Assembly (NCBI GenBank): GCA_020692355.1
Contig: JAIMKP010000012.1
Coordinates: forward strand, 5,724-69,723
DNA: 64,000 bases
Source of the DNA: Desulfosporosinus sp.
GTDB taxonomy: Bacteria > Bacillota > Desulfitobacteriia > Desulfitobacteriales > Desulfitobacteriaceae
Direction of reading: 5' to 3'
This document shows positions 56,858 through 64,000 of the stretch, in pieces; position 1 is the first letter of the stretch, and each line of letters opens with the position of its first letter. Both the position numbers and the translations under genes were made by a program. The notes under the pieces were generated by a model. The model saw nothing but the letters and a program-made list of their open reading frames with translations, was not told the origin of the DNA and searched no databases.

Positions 56858-58339
56858 CTATCGTTCGGGCTGCCTGATCCGATCCAGTGGTTTGAGGATA
56901 CTCGGTCTCAGATTGTGAATAGGTACGGGTTTTCGAACCAAAATCGTCCCGAATGCCTTGGCATCGAGCGGAATGAGTGGCCAGAGATAGGGAACTCCAA
57001 AGGATCGCGTCCTCCACAAGAGGAAGAATAAAGTCCCTAGCCCTACGAAGAGGCCAATAAAATTGAAGAACCCTGTTAGAACGATTAGGAAGAGCCGGGC
57101 TAAGCGGTTGGCCTGCGCCAGTTCGTAACTTGGTGTCGCAAATGCCCCCACCGCCGCAAACGCGACATACATCACGATTTCCGGGGCAAACATACCCACC
57201 TTGATCGCCACATCCCCGATCATAAACGCGGCAATCAAGCCAAGTGCTGTCGCCAAGGGGCTAGGTGTATGAATCGCCGCCATCCTCACTAAATCAACCC
57301 CAACATCGGCAATGAGCATCTGGAGAAAGAGCGGTACTTTGCCGATTTTCGTCGGACCAATGAACTGCAGCCATTCCGGAACGACCTGTGGGTTTGTAGC
57401 GATAGCAAGCCATAGAGGCAAAAGTACAACCGAAGCAGAAATCCCAAAGAAACGCACCCAGCGCAGATAAATTCCAACCACGGGCTCCTGCCGATATTCT
57501 TCCGCATGCTGGACATGATGCCAAAGCGTCGCTGGCGCAATCATCACACTCGGGGAGGTATCGACAATCACGATGACATGTCCTTCCAAGAGGTGAATTG
57601 CGGCCACATCTGGGCGTTCCGTGTAACGCACGCGAGGAAAAGGGTTCCAAAACTTGCTCCCCAGGATAAACTCCTCCACACTCTTTTCCGCCATCGGAAT
57701 CCCGTCGATTTTAATGCTCTGTATATCGTTTTCGATCTTCTTCACCATGTCAGGATTGGTGATGTCTTCGATATAACAAATGCAGACGTCTGTCTTGGAG
57801 CGGCTGCCAACCTGGAGCAGCTTCATCCGCAATTGTGGATCGCGCAGACGCCTTCGGATCAAAGCCGTGTTGAATACCAGCGTCTCAGTAAAGCCATCCC
57901 GCGACCCCCGCGTCACCCTCTCGATATCCGGCTCTTGGGACTGCCTTCCTGGGTACGTCCGCAAATCAACAATAATCGCTTTAGGCTGTCCCTCCACGAA
58001 GATGGCCATGGGCCCGGAGAGAATAAAATAGAGCACCTTGTCCATGGTTTCAACTTCTGCAACCTGGAGATCCACGATCCGCCCTTTGACCAGCTTGTCC
58101 AACGTATTAACGATGAGATCGGCACGCTCCAGATCGACGAGGGCGTCTAAAATATAACTGGCCACATGCGTATCCACCATTCCATTGACGGAATAGAAGG
58201 CGACCTTCTTACCCCCGATGGACATTTCGCGTACCACGATGTCGAAACTATCAGGTACTCCAAGCTCTTTGTTCAAAAAATTGATGTTTTCTTGATAATT
58301 TTTGCTGACTGGAATGTTTTTTTCGCTGTCAGCGTCCAT
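56858..58339 (-). CDS. spoVAF: spore germination protein, GerA/SpoVAF family
   Basis: 493 aa with a GerA-type soluble N-domain plus C-terminal TM helices. Lies last in the spoVA gene string. Confidence 0.75.
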   Translation of the reverse strand: MDADSEKNIPVSKNYQENINFLNKELGVPDSFDIVVREMSIGGKKVAFYSVNGMVDTHVASYILDALVDLERADLIVNTLDKLVKGRIVDLQVAEVETMDKVLYFILSGPMAIFVEGQPKAIIVDLRTYPGRQSQEPDIERVTRGSRDGFTETLVFNTALIRRRLRDPQLRMKLLQVGSRSKTDVCICYIEDITNPDMVKKIENDIQSIKIDGIPMAEKSVEEFILGSKFWNPFPRVRYTERPDVAAIHLLEGHVIVIVDTSPSVMIAPATLWHHVQHAEEYRQEPVVGIYLRWVRFFGISASVVLLPLWLAIATNPQVVPEWLQFIGPTKIGKVPLFLQMLIADVGVDLVRMAAIHTPSPLATALGLIAAFMIGDVAIKVGMFAPEIVMYVAFAAVGAFATPSYELAQANRLARLFLIVLTGFFNFIGLFVGLGTLFFLLWRTRSFGVPYLWPLIPLDAKAFGTILVRKPVPIHNLRPSILKPLDRIRQPER

Positions 58340-58351
58340 CGATCAATCCCC

Positions 58352-58714
58352 CTATCCTTTCGGATTAAACGTAACAGACACGAGGTAGCCAAACAGAACA
58401 GCCGCTGCAATACCCACGGCCGCAGCTTCCACCCCTCCAGAGAAGATTCCGATAAACCCCCGCTGGCTGACTCCTTCGATAGCACCTTTCGCTAAGGTAT
58501 AGCCAAACCCGGAGAGGGGAATGGTTGCTCCCGCGCCGCCAATGTCCACCAACGGTTTATACCAGCCCAAGGCCCCTAAAATAGCCCCCCCGGTCACAAA
58601 CGTCACCAAGACATGGGCTGGCGTAAAGCTAGGCTTGGTCAAATCCATCAGCAACTGGCCAAGCACACAGAGCACTCCACCGACCAAAAAGGCCGACACC
58701 ACCATCTCAAACAT
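58352..58714 (-). CDS. spoVAE: stage V sporulation protein AE (SpoVAEb-type)
   Basis: 120-aa 4-TM protein, paralogous to SpoVAC (GAGATIPLSGFG motif). Confidence 0.8.
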   Translation of the reverse strand: MFEMVVSAFLVGGVLCVLGQLLMDLTKPSFTPAHVLVTFVTGGAILGALGWYKPLVDIGGAGATIPLSGFGYTLAKGAIEGVSQRGFIGIFSGGVEAAAVGIAAAVLFGYLVSVTFNPKG

Positions 58715-58729
58715 GCTTATCCTCCTTCC

Positions 58730-59737
58730 CTACGCTTCGATGACCACGGCATGCCCGATTCCCGGTATGGATTCTCCCTGCAAGGAAGATGTTGGCGAAT
58801 GGAGGGCACCGCTACCGATGAGTAAAACCCGCTTGAGTTCGCCCGCTTTCAGACGTTGCATGATGCTCCCGGCAAACACAACGGCCGAACAGCCGCAACC
58901 GCTCCCACCCGCATGCACATCCTGTTTCTGGTCATAGACCAAGAGCCCGCAGTCCGTATACTCAGGTCCAAGCGGTGTCCCGCTTCGCTGCATCACTTCA
59001 CGCGTCAAGTTCGCCCCCACGGAACCCAAATCCCCGGAAGCAATGAGATTATAATCGGTTGGCTGACGCTGCAAATCCTGAAGATGGTTGAGGATGGTAT
59101 CGGCAATTGCCGGGGCCATCGCTGCCCCCATGTTCCCTGCATCGGTTTCACCATAATCCAATACCCTCCCGAGCGTCACGGCCGGAATTCGGGGTCCTGC
59201 CCCGCTCTGTCCGAGAATAACCGCCCCGGCCCCCGTAACCGTCCACTGGGCACTCAGCGAGCGCTGGCCCCCTTGTTCTGTCGGCAGACGGTACTGCCGT
59301 TCTGCCGTATCGTGGTGGCTTGATACGCCCACTAGGACATGGCGGGCAAACCCCCCGTCGATGAGCATGCTCCCAACCGCCATACCCAACGCCATGGTGG
59401 AACAGGCCCCATAGAGTCCAATAAAAGGAAGTCCCAGCTTGCGCGCCGCGAAGTTCGAGGAGATAATTTGATTAAGCAGATCCCCTGCCAACATAAAGTC
59501 GATCTGATCGTTAGGAACGCCCGCTTGATCAATGGCACCCTGCATCGCTTCCTGGAGCAGTTTACTCTCGGCAATCTCCCATGACTTTTCCCCATTGATA
59601 TTGTCTGGCCAAACCTTGTCAAAAGTTTTACCCAAAGGCCCTTGTGCTTCCATCGGGCCAACCACAGAGTACGATGAGAGAATGACCGGGGGATTCGCAA
59701 AAACCACGGTCTGGTTCCCTACACGTTTTAGATTCAT
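58730..59737 (-). CDS. spoVAD: stage V sporulation protein AD
   Basis: Thiolase-like fold protein. Start at MNLKRVGNQTVVF. Confidence 0.9.
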   Translation of the reverse strand: MNLKRVGNQTVVFANPPVILSSYSVVGPMEAQGPLGKTFDKVWPDNINGEKSWEIAESKLLQEAMQGAIDQAGVPNDQIDFMLAGDLLNQIISSNFAARKLGLPFIGLYGACSTMALGMAVGSMLIDGGFARHVLVGVSSHHDTAERQYRLPTEQGGQRSLSAQWTVTGAGAVILGQSGAGPRIPAVTLGRVLDYGETDAGNMGAAMAPAIADTILNHLQDLQRQPTDYNLIASGDLGSVGANLTREVMQRSGTPLGPEYTDCGLLVYDQKQDVHAGGSGCGCSAVVFAGSIMQRLKAGELKRVLLIGSGALHSPTSSLQGESIPGIGHAVVIEA

Positions 59738-59803
59738 CGTCCCATCCCCTTCAACAATGTGCACTTAATCTTTCAGGAATCTCAAAGCCATGAACAGATC
59801 GGT

Positions 59804-60271
59804 CTAATGCCATAGATAGTAAACCATACCGACCACGATGGACGTCGTGATCCCGAAAACGAGAACGGGTCCGGCCACTGTGAACAAACGCGCCCCCACT
59901 CCCAAGACATATCCTTCCCGTTTAAATTCCAGGGCCGGGGAGACAATGGAATTGGCAAACCCCGTGACCGGAACGATCGAACCCGCCCCCGCATATTTGC
60001 CGATCTCATCATACACCCCGATACCCGTGAGCAAGGCTCCGAGAAGAATCATCAAGGCGGTCGCAGCCGTGGAGGCTTCCTGGCGTCCGAGCCCAGCTGC
60101 TGCGAAGAGATTAATGATCACTTGACCCAGAGCACAAATCGTACCCCCCACCATAAATGCCCAGAAGGAATTTCTGACGATGGTCGGCTTCGGTGTCAGC
60201 TTTTTGGCTAAATCCTGATAATCTTTCGGAGTAACCGCAATCGTCGGCGGTCTTAAATTTTGATTAGGCAT
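59804..60271 (-). CDS. spoVAC: stage V sporulation protein AC
   Basis: 155-aa 4-TM protein with GAGSIVPVTGFAN motif. Confidence 0.9.
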   Translation of the reverse strand: MPNQNLRPPTIAVTPKDYQDLAKKLTPKPTIVRNSFWAFMVGGTICALGQVIINLFAAAGLGRQEASTAATALMILLGALLTGIGVYDEIGKYAGAGSIVPVTGFANSIVSPALEFKREGYVLGVGARLFTVAGPVLVFGITTSIVVGMVYYLWH

Positions 60272-60314
60272 TTTAACTCCTCCTTCCCCTTAGGGTATAG
60301 CATGGACTAATCTA

Positions 60315-60344
60315 TAGTATGTTTTCCGTTTCGTAGAATTATAC
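60315..60344 (-). promoter_or_regulatory. forespore sigma-G/sigma-F-type promoter of the spoVA operon
   Basis: The minus strand reads GTATA-18 nt-CATACTA, ~45 nt upstream of the spoVAC ATG. This matches the B. subtilis sigma-G consensus (GnATA / CATAnTA). Confidence 0.55.
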
Positions 60345-60434
60345 GTTTTCATATTTTTTTAGCGGAAAAGAAGGGAAATTATGGATGCTGTCGAACTCTA
60401 TTCTGAGCAACCGATGAAGGGGGGATTTTTCAGG

Positions 60435-60782
60435 ATGGAAAAGAAGATCGAACGTCAAACGCTCATCTTGCGCTTAGACGGCGACTTAGACATGAAAACC
60501 GCAGGAACCCTGCGCCAAGCTATTGATCATGAAATAGAACGCCGCGGCATTCGCATCGTGGTGCTAAACATGGAAAAGGTCAAGTTTATTGACAGCTCAG
60601 GCCTGGGAGTGATTCTGGGACGCTACAAGAAACTGCTTTCCTTAGGTGGAAAAGTCAAAATCAGTAATGTCCCTCCGCACATTTATAAAATCATGGAATT
60701 ATCAGGCCTGCCCCGGATCATTCGCTTTTTCTCAGATGAAACGGCAGCCCAGGCAGATAATGAAGAAGGAAGGGGAGCATAA
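60435..60782 (+). CDS. spoIIAA: anti-sigma-F factor antagonist
   Basis: STAS domain with phosphorylatable DSSGLG motif. Start at MEKKIERQ after GAAGGGGGG. Confidence 0.9.
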   Translation: MEKKIERQTLILRLDGDLDMKTAGTLRQAIDHEIERRGIRIVVLNMEKVKFIDSSGLGVILGRYKKLLSLGGKVKISNVPPHIYKIMELSGLPRIIRFFSDETAAQADNEEGRGA

Positions 60783-60784
60783 GG

Positions 60785-61225
60785 ATGAAAGTAAATCAGT
60801 TGGTTCTCACCTTTTCGAGTGTCGCTGAGAATGTCGGCATCGCCCGGATGCTGGTTGCCTCGGTCGGGGCACAGTTGGATCTGCCCCTCAACGATATTGA
60901 GGAACTCAAAGTAACCGTATCCGAAGCCGTATCCAATGCCATCATCCATGGCTACCGTGGAGAAAGTGGGCGCTTAGTTCTGCTCGAACTGGAAATTAAT
61001 AAAGAAACCCTGAAAATCACCGTGTCTGATGAGGGTTGTGGCATTCCCGATGTGGAACAGGCCATGCAGCCGGCTTTCAGCACCGACCCTGAACGTATGG
61101 GGTTGGGTTTCGTGTTCATGCAATCATTTATGGATGAGCTGGAGGTTGATTCAACCGTCAACCAAGGGACGACTGTTACGATGGTCAAATACCTTGACCG
61201 CAGCACCGCCTCCCCCTCTCATTAG
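60785..61225 (+). CDS. spoIIAB: anti-sigma-F factor / serine kinase
   Basis: HATPase_c N-box (EAVSNAIIH) and G-boxes (DEGCGI, GLGF). Confidence 0.9.
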   Translation: MKVNQLVLTFSSVAENVGIARMLVASVGAQLDLPLNDIEELKVTVSEAVSNAIIHGYRGESGRLVLLELEINKETLKITVSDEGCGIPDVEQAMQPAFSTDPERMGLGFVFMQSFMDELEVDSTVNQGTTVTMVKYLDRSTASPSH

Positions 61226-61238
61226 AGGAGGAATACTG

Positions 61239-62042
61239 ATGATACAACGCCTGACGGAAATGAATCTACCCCGCTTCCCACTCCTCTCCGACACAGAGAT
61301 GATGGAACTTTTGCACCGGGCCAAAGAAGGGGATGCCGTAGCGCGCGAACGTTTAATCAACTGCAATTTGAAGCTGATTTTTAATTTAGTACAGCGCTTT
61401 GCCCACCGGGGCTATGAAATCGAGGACCTCTTTCAAATTGGAACCATCGGCCTTATGAAAGCCATTGACAAATTTGATTTCAGCTATGGCGTCAAATTTT
61501 CGACCTATGCTGTTCCGATGATCATCGGCGAGATCCGCAGGTTCCTGCGTGACGACCATCCGATCAAAGTGCCCCGTTCTTACAAGGAACTCGTGTACAA
61601 AGTCAACCGAGCGCGTGAGCATCTGGCTTCTTCCCTTGGACGCGAGCCGACGATCGGAGAAATCGCTCTCGATATCGGAGTGGAGCGGGAGGACATCGTC
61701 TCGGCTCTGGAAGCGGTGCAAAGCCCGACCTCCATCCATGATACGCTCTACCAGGATGACTCCGATCCCATCTACGTCTTGGATCAGCTCCCGCTCGATA
61801 AAGATTTGGAGCCAAGCTGGTTCGAAAAAATTGCGCTCAAAGAAGTCCTGGACAAACTTCCGGAACGCGAAAAACGCGTTCTTCTTATGCGTTTTTTTGA
61901 AGATAAAACCCAAAGTGAAATCGCCTTACAGTTACATCTCTCTCAGGTACAGATTTCCCGGATCGAACGCGCAGCCCTGCACCGCATCCGGGATCTCCTC
62001 CAGGAAGACAAAAGCTCTGGCGACCCCGATGAACGAATATAG
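61239..62042 (+). CDS. sigF: RNA polymerase sporulation sigma factor F
   Basis: Start at MIQRLTEM after AGAGGAGG. Sigma-70 regions 2-4 are present (DLFQIGTIGLMKAIDKFD, TQSEIALQLHLSQVQISRIE). Confidence 0.9.
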   Translation: MIQRLTEMNLPRFPLLSDTEMMELLHRAKEGDAVARERLINCNLKLIFNLVQRFAHRGYEIEDLFQIGTIGLMKAIDKFDFSYGVKFSTYAVPMIIGEIRRFLRDDHPIKVPRSYKELVYKVNRAREHLASSLGREPTIGEIALDIGVEREDIVSALEAVQSPTSIHDTLYQDDSDPIYVLDQLPLDKDLEPSWFEKIALKEVLDKLPEREKRVLLMRFFEDKTQSEIALQLHLSQVQISRIERAALHRIRDLLQEDKSSGDPDERI

Positions 62043-62076
62043 AAAAAGCGAGGCCGGTTTCCGGTCTCGCTTTTTC
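62043..62076. terminator. bidirectional intrinsic terminator between sigF and the convergent carboxypeptidase gene
   Basis: AAAAAGCGAGGCCGG-TTT-CCGGTCTCGCTTTTT. Confidence 0.7.
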
Positions 62077-62126
62077 CAAAACGAGTTGACTCTTAACCGT
62101 GAATATCTCCTTGAGATGTGCCCGGT

Positions 62127-63281
62127 TTAGAATCCGAATACCCCTCTGAGGGTTTTCCCGATTTGTTGGTGGAGCTTCGCCCGCTCGACCGCATCCTGGG
62201 CCACGAGATCGACTTGTGTCAGCAACTGGTCTTCCCTGTAAAGTAGGATTTCCCCCAGCTTCTGCCCTGCTTGCACCGGAGCGGTGACTTCCGGGTTAAG
62301 CTTGGTCTCAACCCAGATGTTCTTGTCTTTTCCCTTCTCCACGGTGACTCCTAATGGTTTAGCTGTCGTGACCGTGACATCATCCTGAACCCCTTTTAAA
62401 ACCTTAACAACTCCTTGCTTTTGATGGGCTGGGGCAAACTGTTTGAAGGCATATTTGGCAAAACCCCAGTTATAAATCTTCATCGACTCAGCAAAGTGTC
62501 CTCGTGGCTCGGGAACGCCCATCACCACAGCGATGAGGCGCAAACCATCCCGTTCGACCGTTGAAGCTAAACAATATTTGGCTTCATTCGTCCAACCGGT
62601 CTTGAACCCATCCGTTCCGTTGTACCACCAGAGAAGCTTATTCGTGTTCCAAAGTTTGAACTTCCCGTCGCGTAAATCATATTCCTTCACACTCGTCAGT
62701 TTGCGAATCAAGGGGTATTCCAGTGCCGCCCGGCCCATCACCGCGAGGTCATAGGCACTGGTGTAATGCCCCTCAGCCGGCAACCCGTACGCATTCACGA
62801 AATGCGTATTTTTGAGGTCCAGCGCTTGTGCCTTCTTATTCATTTCTTCAACATAGGCTTCATGCGTACCGCTAATGTGTTCCGCCACCGCGACACAGGC
62901 ATCATTCGCCGAACCGACGGCGATTGCCAGAAGCATCTCTTCCAAAGAGAACGTTTCCCCAGGCTCTAAGTAAATTTGGGAGCCACCCAGCTTGCAGGCG
63001 TTTTCGCTGGCTGTCACTTTATCCGTCAGCTTGACCCGGCCTTGGGCAATGGCATCAGCCGCCACCAGGAGTGTCATGAGTTTAGTCACACTGGCAGGAG
63101 GAAGCTCTTTATGCGATTCCTTCTCGTAAAGGATATTTCCTGTTGCCGCATCTATTAAGATCGCACTTTCCGCAGCCGTCTCCACTTCTGCTGCTAAAAC
63201 CGGTGTAGCCTGGATAACGCCCAGGTTTCCCAACGCCAGAACCAATGCTAAAACAATCATCAATCCTTTGCGCATCTTCAA
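62127..63281 (-). CDS. D-alanyl-D-alanine carboxypeptidase (S11, DacF/DacB-like)
   Basis: Signal peptide, SVTK active-site motif (ASVTKLMT) and SGT/KTG-type motifs. Confidence 0.8.
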   Translation of the reverse strand: MKMRKGLMIVLALVLALGNLGVIQATPVLAAEVETAAESAILIDAATGNILYEKESHKELPPASVTKLMTLLVAADAIAQGRVKLTDKVTASENACKLGGSQIYLEPGETFSLEEMLLAIAVGSANDACVAVAEHISGTHEAYVEEMNKKAQALDLKNTHFVNAYGLPAEGHYTSAYDLAVMGRAALEYPLIRKLTSVKEYDLRDGKFKLWNTNKLLWWYNGTDGFKTGWTNEAKYCLASTVERDGLRLIAVVMGVPEPRGHFAESMKIYNWGFAKYAFKQFAPAHQKQGVVKVLKGVQDDVTVTTAKPLGVTVEKGKDKNIWVETKLNPEVTAPVQAGQKLGEILLYREDQLLTQVDLVAQDAVERAKLHQQIGKTLRGVFGF

Positions 63282-63362
63282 CCCTCCTCACATAGTCTGA
63301 ACCTAGTATTCCCGTAAATCGAAAATCTATTGGACCGTTGAAACTCGTTTTGCCAAAAGTTC

Positions 63363-64000
63363 TTAGATTAACGCACAGCGCAACGATTCCCTTAATGTTG
63401 CGCTGGAATTCAAGAAAAGCTCCTTTTCTTCTTGATCCATTGGCATATCCAGACGACGGATAATCCCTCCACGCCCAATGACACAGGGGACACTCATAGC
63501 GACCCCGAGATCCGCATAGCGGTCATCCAGCCATCCTGAAACCGTGAGCACCGTTTGCTCATCCCGGAGAATGGCCCGTAGAATCTGCGTCGTTGCCAAA
63601 CCAATCCCATAGTAGGTCGCACCTTTGCGTTCGATAATTTCATAGGCAGCCCCTTTCACTTCCTGGATAACCTGTTGCCTCCAATCCAGATCACAGGCAG
63701 CCCCGCATTCCCTGCACAGGGCGCTGAGCGGACTCCCGGCCACACTCGCTGAACTAAAGAGTGGAACTTCAGAATCCCCATGTTCCCCCACCACATAAGC
63801 ATGGATACTTGCCGGATTGATCCCGCAGCGGCGGCTGAGAATGTAACGAAAACGGGCCGTATCGAGAACGGTTCCTGAGCCAATCACGCGTTCGGGCACA
63901 AAACCCGGATACTCGCGCGCTACGCTTGTGAGCACATCCACCGGGTTTGACACGATGAGCAAGATCGCCTCTTGGGTATAGCGGGCAATTTGCTCCAGAA
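63363..64000 (-). CDS. ldh: L-lactate dehydrogenase, C-terminal part (gene runs off right edge)
   Basis: IVSNPVDVLT and GEHGDSEVP motifs. The frame stays open to the window edge. Confidence 0.8.
   Translation of the reverse strand, partial: LEQIARYTQEAILLIVSNPVDVLTSVAREYPGFVPERVIGSGTVLDTARFRYILSRRCGINPASIHAYVVGEHGDSEVPLFSSASVAGSPLSALCRECGAACDLDWRQQVIQEVKGAAYEIIERKGATYYGIGLATTQILRAILRDEQTVLTVSGWLDDRYADLGVAMSVPCVIGRGGIIRRLDMPMDQEEKELFLNSSATLRESLRCALI

Noticed and set aside
60345-60434. Sigma-H promoter for spoIIA on the plus strand.
   Set aside because: Only weak matches are present (AGGGAAAT ... GAACT), with non-consensus -10 and spacing. A promoter is expected here from B. subtilis biology but could not be placed confidently.

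Overview
This 64-kb window looks like chromosomal DNA from a spore-forming anaerobic Firmicute. The gene content resembles Clostridia or Peptococcaceae-type genomes, but the species is not identifiable from sequence alone. About 60 genes are present, almost all on the minus strand.

Gene content by region:
- Left end: housekeeping genes gpsA(partial)-plsY-der, a DUF512 gene, an FtsW/SpoVE-family gene, an ispH::rpsA fusion, plsC and cmk.
- 12.0-23.9 kb: a sigma-54-controlled organic-acid catabolic island. It holds a PrpR-like activator, an HMG-CoA-lyase-like gene, a family III CoA-transferase, an MFS transporter, an Fe-ADH, an IlvD/Edd dehydratase and TRAP dctPQM.
- 24-38 kb: lactate permease; an aromatic amino-acid operon headed by a HutP-family gene (hutP-like, aroH, hisC, DAHP synthase, tyrA, aroA); and a GntR plus GlcD/GlcF-type lactate/glycolate oxidase module.
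- 39-51 kb: rluB, spmAB, ytfJ/ytfI, scpAB, an M50 protease, a DHH-CBS-polyA-polymerase protein, corA and an LCP protein.
- Right end: spoVAC-D-E-F followed directly by a three-gene BCR/HAD-type activase/dehydratase-like cluster. The divergent spoIIAA-spoIIAB-sigF operon comes next, then a DacF-like carboxypeptidase and a partial ldh.

No rRNA, tRNA, CRISPR array, transposase or recognisable defence system was found.

Features the gene calls do not explain:
1. Four co-oriented copies of a ~120-nt three-hairpin intergenic element, with one compensatory stem change.
2. N- and C-terminal remnants of a second CoA-transferase that flank the MFS-adh-ilvD block, suggesting a cassette insertion.
3. A ~380-nt GC-rich non-coding region with nested long-range helices and a G-tract tandem repeat.
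4. A 46-codon in-frame relic of trpS, translationally coupled to scpA.
5. An HMGL-like gene whose catalytic N-terminus has no canonical start codon.
6. A promoter, 270-nt leader and terminator in front of the hutP-like/aro operon.

All calls come from reading the sequence and ORF translations by eye. No database search was run.
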